Source of the DNA: a virus
Taxonomy: Duplodnaviria > Caudoviricetes
DNA: 24,754 nucleotides
IMG/VR virus record: IMGVR_UViG_3300027744_000114
Span: 1-24,754 of that record
Strand: one strand, 5' to 3'
The notes beneath the pieces are model-generated. The model worked only from the letters and a program-made list of their open reading frames with translations. It was not told the DNA's origin and searched no databases. Shown here in pieces: positions 9,401-16,990 of this stretch (its first letter is position 1; each line of letters starts with the position of its first letter). The position numbers and the translations under genes are program-made.

Positions 9401-12400
9401 AAACTCAACGAAATAGCAAAAAGATTTTTGCCGTCCGAGATTATTAGACAAATAAATTTAAAATTTGGAGAAGGGGATTATCCATACAAGAAAAATACTG
9501 GTGGACGATACAAAACAAAAAAGAAGGGCATCTACGCAATCAAGAAAGCCTCAGGTGGGGGTGAGGCTCATTTCGCCGAGAACAACGAATTACTTGGGTA
9601 CCTACAGCCAGATGGTCAGTTAATTGCCGCTGGGTATTCGTCTATCACCATTCCCGATGGGTCACTGATTGTTCGCGGAAATGATTCGGTCAAAGTGAAT
9701 GTGGATGACAGTGCCGGAAGCAATCTCCACGAATTAACCCATGTGGTAACTTTCGCAAACCCATTAGCCAGTTTGCTGGAAAATCTATTCTTCCAAAGAA
9801 GAATGGCCGGCGGCAGGAAGGGGAAAAGAGAGGAAAGCTTAAGCAAAAGAATAAACAGGGGCGCAACCAGACCAACCCTCAACAAATTAACCGACACAAA
9901 CTGGGAAGGCGATTATGGAAACCCGGTTGGCACAGGAAGGACTCCGAGGAAAAAGCGCTCCTTGCCAGATATGCAAGTTTTTGATGACCAATTCCTTAGG
10001 ACTTATCAGGGTCGTGTTTACTCGGAAAAACAGGGCACTCCATCAAAGGAAACATTTACGGTCGGAATGCAGAACCTCTTCGTGCCCGAAGAAGAAATAG
10101 TTGCATCTCCAGAAATAGACCATGACTCAAATAATTTTGTTATAGGTTCGCTACTCGTTGTCGCCGCTCAAGCAAAAAGGGAGCGCCTGAACCCAGAAAG
10201 ACAAATACGGAACAGGACTTCCATTATGGTTACGGAACCACAGCAGGTACCAACGTTTCCGACCTGGAATACGGGTGGTACGAGGCTCCCCACGGATGTT
10301 GTCCGTTCTGTTGAGATATCGGAAATAGACCTTCCGGTTCAGGGTCTGTCCAGCGGTAAAAAAATAACCCCAGAACAACGTTCGGCCATACGTGGTGCAG
10401 AAAAAACCCTACGGGATATGGGTTTACAAATCACGGAAATTGGTTTTGTAAACAAAAAAACAGGGAAAACAAGACAGAGCCCAATATTCTCGGTATCTGG
10501 AAGAGCGGTTGTTCTTGTTGATGTAAATGGGGTAAGGGTCCCATTCTACAGAAGCAGTGGTAGTGGTGGAAAGAAAAATGTCCCCTCCGGAAGATGGTAT
10601 CCAATCTTTGGTATTGGTAAAGAGCAGGTTATTTATGATGGATACGAAGAAAGACTTCGAGCAAATGGTGGTTGGTTCAATAAGGGTTCAGAAGAAGAAA
10701 TAGTTGACTACTACGGGGTTCCAGAATTACGCAGGATTGCAGAAAACCTGGATTCCCAATTGGAAGATTTGCCAAATGTGGTATTTAACGACGTGCGTCA
10801 AGAATTTAAAAAATCCGATGTTGACAAAGTAGCAATCGACGCCGGTGTCAAAACAAAACCTATGCACAGAAGCATCAACGACTCGCTTTGGGAAATAATA
10901 CATAGAGACCTTCATCCAGTCAATACGTATCGCGAATCTCCACGAGAAAATATTGACGCAGTTGTTGCGAAGATAAAATCAGGGCGCGTAAAATTGGAGA
11001 TGGATTCACTTAGTCCGACAGTAAAAAAAGACAGACTGTATGTATCTAAAAAATCAAAATTAATAAGAAAAAGAGAAGTTGAGCTTGAAATAAAAGACAA
11101 GAACGGTGAAGTTATCCGTGTCACGGTAGACGCTGAAGAAGATACACGATATGGCCAAGCCATGAAAAGGCATAATGTCACTGTTGTTATGACAAGGAAT
11201 AACAGGCAGGTTGGCATTCTTCACGCAAGAACCGATGGTGATGGACTTTTGGGAAATCCGGACAAATTGACAATCTCGGAAATACTCGTACCCGAAGACT
11301 TCCAACGTCGTGGACATGGAAGGGCAATGCTCGCTTTCGCAAGTACCTACAATATAGGTTCCGAGAAGGTTTACCATTCTTCGAAAAGAAGTGAACTTGG
11401 AGAGCTTTTTGCTACTGGAACTGGTCTTTCTAGTGGGAAAAAACCATTACCAAAGATTCCAAAAAAATCAAACATGACACCAGGAGACATGCGGTACGAC
11501 GATGTGGCTGGCAATGGAGATGGGGATTGCTTTCCAGCCGCTAGCAATCTTCTCTCATCTCTTGTGCTGAAAAACCCCGAACGCGTTAATGATTTCAGGG
11601 TTGTTCATGGCATCCCACTAGGTACAGGTGGAGACGCTGAGGGCAAAAGATTTCATCACGCATGGGTTGAGGAAACCGTAAAAAGGACCGATAAAGAAGT
11701 AGCAGAAATGCTGGATAGATTCCCTGAGGCAATGCGAGAGGGCGCGAAAAGACAACTCGGCCCGATGCTTTCGGAATACGTCATCGTCCATGACCACTCA
11801 AACGGCAGGGAGTTACGTATGCCAAAAGAGGTTTATTATGCTTTTGGGCAGATAGAGGAACCGCTCGTTCAGAAGTATTCTTTCACTGATTTGAGCGACG
11901 AGCAGTTGAGAGTTGGACATCACGGACCTTACGGGGTGGACGGTGCAGACATTTCCCAAACCAAGCGTGGAACCAAAAAGAACAGACCATCAAGAAGAGG
12001 AAATAGTGTTTATGATGCCGGTGGCTCATCTCTTTCCTCTGGGGCAAAGTATGAAGAGATTGTGAAGAGTCAGCCTCGCCCATCGGATGAACAAATTAAT
12101 GCATCAAACAACATAAAAGACTTATTGAAACTCAGCGAGTTGCGTGTTGCTGACGAATGGACAGTAACCGGGCAAGATGCATTCGGAGACGATGAAGTCG
12201 AGCTTACGGAATCAGCAGACAGAGCAAACCTCAAAGAGGAAATCAAAAAGAATATAGTTACGTTGTTCACAAATGAAATCGAACTGGAAAACGACATAAT
12301 TGTAGAGTCTCGTTCAGGGGAAAAAATTAATCTCGGCAGAAAGATAAAAATTACACCCGTCGTGAAAGATTTTTCTGTGGACAATCTATCCGAGAATGAC

Positions 12401-15193
12401 ATAAAAGAACAAAGAGATGAAATGGGAAAAATAATCCTTGATGGAAGCAAACCTGTAACGTCAGTATCCATAAGGATGTCTATATCGCCAGCTGATGACG
12501 AGGCAGTAGCGAGACTGATTCGGTCCGGAATCCCGGAACAGCTCATAGACATCGAATCTCGTGAGAAAGTTGAACTAGGTAATGCATACAGACAAATAAC
12601 CTCAGATGGAAACACAATATATATTGGGCATGAATCCATATTCATCGGAAATGGGGCAAGAAAATACGGAATTGCCAGTGCTGTAAATGGCAGAAATGAG
12701 TCAATGTACTCCGAAATGGGTGCCGACTCAATAATCACCTTGGCGGCGTCTTCTACCTCGGACCAAGATGGGGCAACGCATTGGGCAAGAAACGGTTTTA
12801 CCTGGATGGGCGAGCCATCTAAGCAAAAATTCATAAAAGTCATAGATGACGCGATAACCAACTATCCCGGATTGTTCTCCGAAGAGGAAAGAAAAAGAAT
12901 TTCATCTCTATATAAGAACCAAAATGGAGAGTTCAAGTCATCCGCCACACCGGAAGAGCTTATTAACTTCTCGGCCGCTGACCAAATATTCAAGGATGCC
13001 AACGACGGTCAAGGCGTCACAATCTATTTCAAACGCGGAGTAGAAAAGCCAAGCCGCATAAATAGCATGAAAAACAGAATGAGAAGGAGAGTTGGACCAG
13101 TTTCCAGCAGCTCTTCTTTGTCTTCTGGTAGTGGCGAAAAGCCAGCATTCCCAAGGAAACCAACATACGGTCCGTTTATCGGCAGAGCAAACGAAGTGTT
13201 TGGTCGAGCACGCACTTGGCAGGAATTCAAAGAAATATATGAAAATACAGAAATTACATACATCGACTACGAGACAACTGGTTTAGTGTTCGATGAGTTT
13301 AATGAGCCAAGTGGGAATGGTTTCCCAACACAGATTGGCGCCGTGAAGATGAAAAACGGTAAAGTCGTTGCGCGATTTGAAACATATGTCAATCCGGGTA
13401 TCCCGACAGAAAAATGGGAGAAATGGTCGCAAGACACCCTTGTTGATTATGACGGTAAAAAGATTACTAACGATTTCATTGAAAGACAGATGTCAATCGC
13501 GGAAGCCCACAAAAAACTTTCTGAGTTCATCGGCCCCAATGCAATTCTTGGTGTCCAAAACGCCGCGTTCGACAAAGACGTTCTAGAAGACAACCTAACC
13601 GCTTCAAATATAGATTGGCGTCCAGATGGGTGGATAGACCTAAAGGATGTGGCAGCCCTTTCTCTACCGCGCTGGTCGGAAGAGAGTCCAGACGGGCCGA
13701 AACGATTCGACAAGAAGAAAGACAAATTCGTTCCATCCAATTCGCTCAAAGACATAACCGAATATCTTGGGGTTGAGCTTGGCGACAAGCATCACACCGC
13801 CGATGCGGATGCGGAGGCTACGGCAAAATCAATGGCCGCCCTAATCAAAAACGCAGTAGACAAAGAATGGTCGACTGAATTGTTCAATGCTGATAATAGG
13901 TTGCAAAAAATTCAAAAAGATAACGAAAAATTCAATTCAGAAATAGAAACCTTCCGTTCCAACAAGGATAAATACCTAGGAATTGAAAGAGTTTCGAGCC
14001 TCAGTTCTGGGGGGGCAAGCGAATCAGAGAAGGAAGAAGCGCGTCGTTTGCGCCGCGTTGCCAATTATGAGAAAGTAAAAGCAAAAGGTGAAGGAAAAGA
14101 ATCCATCTTGATGTGGGACGAAAACGGCAACTACAAAGAAAGAGCAACCCCCAACTACGATTTGGACGAAGATTCAGAAGAAGATAACGACGACGATGAT
14201 GACGACAATACGTCGGATAATGGGTACGAGCTAGTGAGCGCCGCAGAGATGGCTAGAAGAAATCAGCAGTTCAGGGCATCCCAGGAAAGACTAAATTCAC
14301 CGGAATATATGGAATCATCACGTCTCGCACGTGTAGCGAGAAATAAGGGTAAAGAAACCAATTTGCACAATGCCGACGGAACAATGAAGGTAAGAGGCGG
14401 AGAAAAACTTAGCTCCGGAGCATCTGGTAACAAGAAATTTCAAAAACAACTCAAATTGATAGAAGAAGCGGTATCCAGGAGTTCCTCTAGAGGGGTGGAA
14501 ACATATTCTTACAAACAGGGTGACATAACCCCCGAGTTGGTGGATGAATTAGAAAAAGAAATTACCAATTTTGAAAGAGAAGTTGAATCCATAGGTGAGA
14601 AAATTGAGGAAGAAATGGAAAAACTCCTCGATAGCAACAAGTCTCAGAAAATCAAAGACGCCCTGTATGAGCAGCTCGACAAAGAACGAGAATCCATATA
14701 CAAGCTTGAGGAATCCGCACGGATAGCGTACTTGGCATCGAATAGAATAAAATCATTTTCCGCTAGGGATTCGGAGCAAATGTCGGCTAGTGGATGGACA
14801 ACAGAAATACACATATCACGAGATTCTGCCGGAAGAATTACTGGGATTGCAGTTACCGGGGTCCAAATGGAGAAACAAGCAAGGGTCCTCGCTAATTACT
14901 TTGAAGGCGTAGGAGACGTCGGGGATGGAAAAGCCCTTTATATTGACTATGTGGTGAGTCTTCACAAGGAGAAAGATTCCGGGAGGACGCTGCTTGGCTC
15001 CATATTGGAAGATGCCCAGAGAGATGGGGTGTCACTTGTCCAGATTGAACCAACCGACACAAGCACCGGGTACTGGGATATGTTTGGGTTTACTGCGGCA
15101 AAACGAAAGAATGAATTTGCTGTAAACGGACCCATCGCAGACTATGTTTTCCTGAAGCTAGACACACCACAGGATGATGAGGAAGATAAATAA
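6479..15193 (+). CDS. Giant (2904 aa) polyvalent/polyprotein-like protein: 2 zincin metallopeptidase, 3 GNAT-like, 1 papain/transglutaminase-like and 1 DEDDh exonuclease modules separated by LSSG motifs
   Basis: HEWAH...SYGHANMREAMAE (aa 343); HELTH (aa 1084); VPEDFQRRGHGRAML; GDCF...HHAWVE...HDHSNG; ARKYGIA...GATHWARNGFTW; YIDYETTG...QNAAFD...HHTADADA; LYIDYV...SGRTLL...GYWDMFGF. Confidence 0.85.
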   Translation: MPQPEEIPFSESARNKRRQFQTKGLGSRLGRALSSRAIDRPRIGKRKRSIRGTDIDLPTGGIRGSKKPTGTNIDVDRDGWVDEGTRRPRWVGLSSGKPEEVVRTRIDKSRPIIKINKPEEKIDKSRAHKLKNYKYGDESVLGGKISIRQGPDWLKGLTNEQISSLLVPDSIETQYKMWLDNYGAGSLIKGSEEEVKFRKWFDNAIEANEYNKFDYSPESRAATRKAVEAALEDSPLFSWAVRNYGSPVFGVVTPKGRDEYVARPQYKALIAKFANSSVDKDKQIFPKAMASLDLNMVSFFPNYVVDRKTHDIDGPVPMNMNPLHVPSRDDAVMNRSLAGTVVHEWAHWLHQMALRDSERMGVKSERKYFGNNTNERYVAALKVAAEYSDTSKDFLKLHEDRVSFDDSPNVPRTVTSYGHANMREAMAEGMVAYMHPNQDLKNFAINNKLRKDVETLLGGKDGTGPWSKEIDKQTSLGSGRRERRSNPKGIRLEKTIPGENRRNSLSSGAEEKIEFESVQKSVEDLLDLTATYFDIPDDTEGPLDVRARERANTRVFRQTKDSGVPDEPITPDEWFSMDVMEVRRVSMDALDLNGQPTGEKINVIMHSPRMHEIEERAREIGESVHQEVLARLEKILPEGIVRPSDVDAARAKLKEELDALELVDEIETKLRQTADQLVEEALNIITKSDGRDQTLVGSRYWNFLNVDTANLAGSGQARMMTPEVVEEITLMKNAHIQREEIVNKTLRNIDELIKLGFLVEATDDGDRQNGRRVFVPKSTMNGELLMGEAAAIVIHDVIPTNQPKNAGMMYIINKPKSDPSSRRSTPWRDIPEDSGDSIHISEIINQITSVAVSPQEREMLMGKFDGRRLGGLAVPSAIPDELNQKMYAAEYGRRRAKLLSLMTRAAGAPEMRTAEEVVARVYEKSDLREKRRKVLVPYRMAYRDVLLDVINELLEDDDSKKPDLMTATGGMGAEKLNEIAKRFLPSEIIRQINLKFGEGDYPYKKNTGGRYKTKKKGIYAIKKASGGGEAHFAENNELLGYLQPDGQLIAAGYSSITIPDGSLIVRGNDSVKVNVDDSAGSNLHELTHVVTFANPLASLLENLFFQRRMAGGRKGKREESLSKRINRGATRPTLNKLTDTNWEGDYGNPVGTGRTPRKKRSLPDMQVFDDQFLRTYQGRVYSEKQGTPSKETFTVGMQNLFVPEEEIVASPEIDHDSNNFVIGSLLVVAAQAKRERLNPERQIRNRTSIMVTEPQQVPTFPTWNTGGTRLPTDVVRSVEISEIDLPVQGLSSGKKITPEQRSAIRGAEKTLRDMGLQITEIGFVNKKTGKTRQSPIFSVSGRAVVLVDVNGVRVPFYRSSGSGGKKNVPSGRWYPIFGIGKEQVIYDGYEERLRANGGWFNKGSEEEIVDYYGVPELRRIAENLDSQLEDLPNVVFNDVRQEFKKSDVDKVAIDAGVKTKPMHRSINDSLWEIIHRDLHPVNTYRESPRENIDAVVAKIKSGRVKLEMDSLSPTVKKDRLYVSKKSKLIRKREVELEIKDKNGEVIRVTVDAEEDTRYGQAMKRHNVTVVMTRNNRQVGILHARTDGDGLLGNPDKLTISEILVPEDFQRRGHGRAMLAFASTYNIGSEKVYHSSKRSELGELFATGTGLSSGKKPLPKIPKKSNMTPGDMRYDDVAGNGDGDCFPAASNLLSSLVLKNPERVNDFRVVHGIPLGTGGDAEGKRFHHAWVEETVKRTDKEVAEMLDRFPEAMREGAKRQLGPMLSEYVIVHDHSNGRELRMPKEVYYAFGQIEEPLVQKYSFTDLSDEQLRVGHHGPYGVDGADISQTKRGTKKNRPSRRGNSVYDAGGSSLSSGAKYEEIVKSQPRPSDEQINASNNIKDLLKLSELRVADEWTVTGQDAFGDDEVELTESADRANLKEEIKKNIVTLFTNEIELENDIIVESRSGEKINLGRKIKITPVVKDFSVDNLSENDIKEQRDEMGKIILDGSKPVTSVSIRMSISPADDEAVARLIRSGIPEQLIDIESREKVELGNAYRQITSDGNTIYIGHESIFIGNGARKYGIASAVNGRNESMYSEMGADSIITLAASSTSDQDGATHWARNGFTWMGEPSKQKFIKVIDDAITNYPGLFSEEERKRISSLYKNQNGEFKSSATPEELINFSAADQIFKDANDGQGVTIYFKRGVEKPSRINSMKNRMRRRVGPVSSSSSLSSGSGEKPAFPRKPTYGPFIGRANEVFGRARTWQEFKEIYENTEITYIDYETTGLVFDEFNEPSGNGFPTQIGAVKMKNGKVVARFETYVNPGIPTEKWEKWSQDTLVDYDGKKITNDFIERQMSIAEAHKKLSEFIGPNAILGVQNAAFDKDVLEDNLTASNIDWRPDGWIDLKDVAALSLPRWSEESPDGPKRFDKKKDKFVPSNSLKDITEYLGVELGDKHHTADADAEATAKSMAALIKNAVDKEWSTELFNADNRLQKIQKDNEKFNSEIETFRSNKDKYLGIERVSSLSSGGASESEKEEARRLRRVANYEKVKAKGEGKESILMWDENGNYKERATPNYDLDEDSEEDNDDDDDDNTSDNGYELVSAAEMARRNQQFRASQERLNSPEYMESSRLARVARNKGKETNLHNADGTMKVRGGEKLSSGASGNKKFQKQLKLIEEAVSRSSSRGVETYSYKQGDITPELVDELEKEITNFEREVESIGEKIEEEMEKLLDSNKSQKIKDALYEQLDKERESIYKLEESARIAYLASNRIKSFSARDSEQMSASGWTTEIHISRDSAGRITGIAVTGVQMEKQARVLANYFEGVGDVGDGKALYIDYVVSLHKEKDSGRTLLGSILEDAQRDGVSLVQIEPTDTSTGYWDMFGFTAAKRKNEFAVNGPIADYVFLKLDTPQDDEEDK

Positions 15194-15195
15194 AT

Positions 15196-15354
15196 ATGGG
15201 TAAAATAAACACGTTTGACGAAATGGATGGCGACGAGTTGAGTGTCCTGCTCAAGAAGTATCGCGCTTCGGAGAACGATAATGGTTCGCGCCGAAAAAAC
15301 AGCGACTCGACAAGAAGGGCAAAACGCCGTTCCAAAAAAGAAACGGGAGAATAG
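15196..15354 (+). CDS. Small basic hypothetical protein (52 aa)
   Basis: MGKINTFDEMDGDELSVLLKKYR...KKETGE; fills the gap exactly between the giant gene and the next ORF. Confidence 0.5.
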   Translation: MGKINTFDEMDGDELSVLLKKYRASENDNGSRRKNSDSTRRAKRRSKKETGE

Positions 15355-15358
15355 GAAT

Positions 15359-15763
15359 ATGTCAGCCAACAACAAAAACATATTTTCCATGCCGGCCGAC
15401 GGAATTGGTTCCTTTTATTCAAAAGTAAAAGCAGGTGAGCGCAAGGTCCCTAATTCCGTGCGATTCCAGGTTGGCGGAGTACTTGAGTGGAGATATGCAA
15501 AAAGTGGAGGCAAAATCTACTCCGCAGTTTGGTCTGACGGATTCTTGGACACCACGGATGAGGAGTTGAAATTCGAATGTCAAAAGATAATCGAAAATAA
15601 TGAACGCATTCTTTCAAATCTTGGTGTTACCGACAGAATACTTCCAGGTCTCAAGGAAATGGACAGCGCATGGGCAACGATTTACAAGGCGATAGGCGAC
15701 ATTGATGCCATAATTGTGGATATGCCGGAATCACCATCACCACTGATTGACGCCGCCCGATAG
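15359..15763 (+). CDS. Hypothetical protein (134 aa)
   Basis: Start MSANNKN at 15359 with GGAG/AGGA SD, preferred over 15242. Confidence 0.65.
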   Translation: MSANNKNIFSMPADGIGSFYSKVKAGERKVPNSVRFQVGGVLEWRYAKSGGKIYSAVWSDGFLDTTDEELKFECQKIIENNERILSNLGVTDRILPGLKEMDSAWATIYKAIGDIDAIIVDMPESPSPLIDAAR

Positions 15764-15770
15764 GTAATAA

Positions 15771-15956
15771 ATGCCAAGATTTGACGACCAAAACGAAGAT
15801 TACCTTGAATTAATCAAGGAATACGAGAGATACGTAATAGAGCACCAGGGCATAATTGAAGATTTCGACGAATGGCTTGAACTTGAATACGGTCAATCAC
15901 GGTCGAAGCTCAGTAAGCAAAAACGTTACACAAAATTCAATAAGAACGGGAACTAG
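15771..15956 (+). CDS. Hypothetical protein (61 aa)
   Basis: Tightly packed ORF with protein-like composition. Confidence 0.65.
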   Translation: MPRFDDQNEDYLELIKEYERYVIEHQGIIEDFDEWLELEYGQSRSKLSKQKRYTKFNKNGN

Positions 15957-15964
15957 GAACAACC

Positions 15965-16123
15965 ATGACACTTCCGATAGATGGACTAAAACCAGCAATG
16001 CAAAAAGAACTCATTCAAATGCAATCAATGGATAGAGCGGCAAGTGAAGAAAGAATCATTGACTTCATCCTCCAGCAGACCTATTCGTCCAAAACCAAAA
16101 AGAATAAAGAGACTAACGACTAA
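15965..16123 (+). CDS. Hypothetical protein (52 aa)
   Basis: MTLPIDGLKPAMQKELIQMQSMDRAASEERIIDFILQQ...; AGGA SD; packed behind the previous gene. Confidence 0.5.
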   Translation: MTLPIDGLKPAMQKELIQMQSMDRAASEERIIDFILQQTYSSKTKKNKETND

Positions 16124-16313
16124 GGGACTTTAGCTCCGATGCAAAGATTTTGTTGTACTCATCCGTATAGCGGTGAACGAGAACTATCTTCGCTCTCCTG
16201 TGGGCCTCTTGCCTGATAGTGACAAGCTCCTTGCGGGTAGCTCGCTCTTTATCGCTTAGTCGTGGACGCCCTCTTCCGAGGCCTTTGTTTTTTAATTTAT
16301 TGAATTCTGACAT
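16113..16313 (-). CDS. Small AT-hook (GRGRPR) DNA-binding protein (66 aa)
   Basis: Strong SD AAGGAGG before ATG at 16313 (MSEFNKLKNKGLGRGRPRLSDKER...). Confidence 0.7.
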   Translation of the reverse strand: MSEFNKLKNKGLGRGRPRLSDKERATRKELVTIRQEAHRRAKIVLVHRYTDEYNKIFASELKSLSR

Positions 16314-16348
16314 AGTAATCCTCCTTAGAGGCGTGTAGGTTGTATTGA

Positions 16349-16377
16349 ACAATAATGACAAAATCATTAAAAAGCAA
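16349..16377 (-). promoter_or_regulatory. Sigma70/SigA-type promoter for the AT-hook gene
   Basis: TTGCTT-N17-TATTGT on the minus strand. Confidence 0.45.
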
Positions 16378-16396
16378 CCCAGGATAAACAAATTTT

Positions 16397-16418
16397 AAAC
16401 CCTTACAAACAAAGGGCT
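16397..16418. promoter_or_regulatory. Palindromic site AAACCCTT-N7-AAGGG (copy 1)
   Basis: AAACCCTT ACAAACA AAGGGCT in a divergent intergenic region. Confidence 0.4.
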
Positions 16419-16444
16419 ACATAGACAAAGGAGCATTTTTAGTA

Positions 16445-16627
16445 ATGTTTAATAAACTTGATGAATATATTGTTGCGTTATCCAAACCAAATACCGTTTC
16501 CCCGGTAATGTCCAATCAGGAGGTAATCGACATGCTCCTGGACGTACGCTCCGACATGGAAATCGGACTGATTATCGATGGCGACGAAATGACTAAATAT
16601 TTTCGCGGAAAAGCTAAGGCTTTATGA
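16445..16627 (+). CDS. Hypothetical protein (60 aa)
   Basis: AAGGAG upstream; protein-like composition. Confidence 0.6.
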   Translation: MFNKLDEYIVALSKPNTVSPVMSNQEVIDMLLDVRSDMEIGLIIDGDEMTKYFRGKAKAL

Positions 16628-16707
16628 GCTTCGGGGAAGTTGTTATCATCCTTCTGCTGATACCATTCTATTACTTAATGAAAAGAGGGAAAACTGATGG
16701 TAGTTAA
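16624..16707 (+). CDS. Possible 27-aa single-pass membrane peptide
   Basis: MSFGEVVIILLLIPFYYLMKRGKTDGS; ATGA overlap with the upstream gene and overlap with the next. Confidence 0.4.
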   Translation: MSFGEVVIILLLIPFYYLMKRGKTDGS

Positions 16708-16906
16708 ATATGAAGCCAAATACTACGGTGATGGCAAAGATGACTTCAGCGTTACGCCGTGGGAAATGGAGTTGTGGAAACTCCTTGCTATTCGGTATGC
16801 CGAAAAATCAGCCGCAGATGAACACTTTAAGGCACCAGACTGGGTGACGATAGTTGAATGCGAAGAAGAACTTGCCGCATCTGGTTTAAGTAGAACTTAC
16901 AGATAA
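16697..16906 (+). CDS. Hypothetical protein (69 aa)
   Basis: GAGGG SD; ends just before the terminator. Confidence 0.65.
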   Translation: MVVKYEAKYYGDGKDDFSVTPWEMELWKLLAIRYAEKSAADEHFKAPDWVTIVECEEELAASGLSRTYR

Positions 16907-16916
16907 AAAAGTAAAT

Positions 16917-16970
16917 AAAAAAACCCCCTCGTTGGGCTCTCCCTGGGGCCAATTAACGAGGGGGTTTTTT
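16917..16970. terminator. Bidirectional intrinsic terminator between convergent genes
   Basis: A7-CCCCCTCGTT...AACGAGGGGG-T6: 10-bp stem flanked by A and T tracts, with a 21-nt inner segment. Confidence 0.8.
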
Positions 16971-16990
16971 ATTGCACTTCGACTACTGCT

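Noticed and set aside
6538-13788. Many antisense and alternate-frame ORFs within the giant gene (e.g. 12070-12861, 263 aa)
   Set aside because: Ser/Phe/Ile-rich translations typical of the antisense of a Glu/Lys/Asp-rich gene; no start signals or motifs.
6755-14419. LSSG motifs as DNA direct repeats, recombination sites or intein junctions
   Set aside because: Nucleotide sequences differ at synonymous positions, and there are no C/S...HN intein termini around them.
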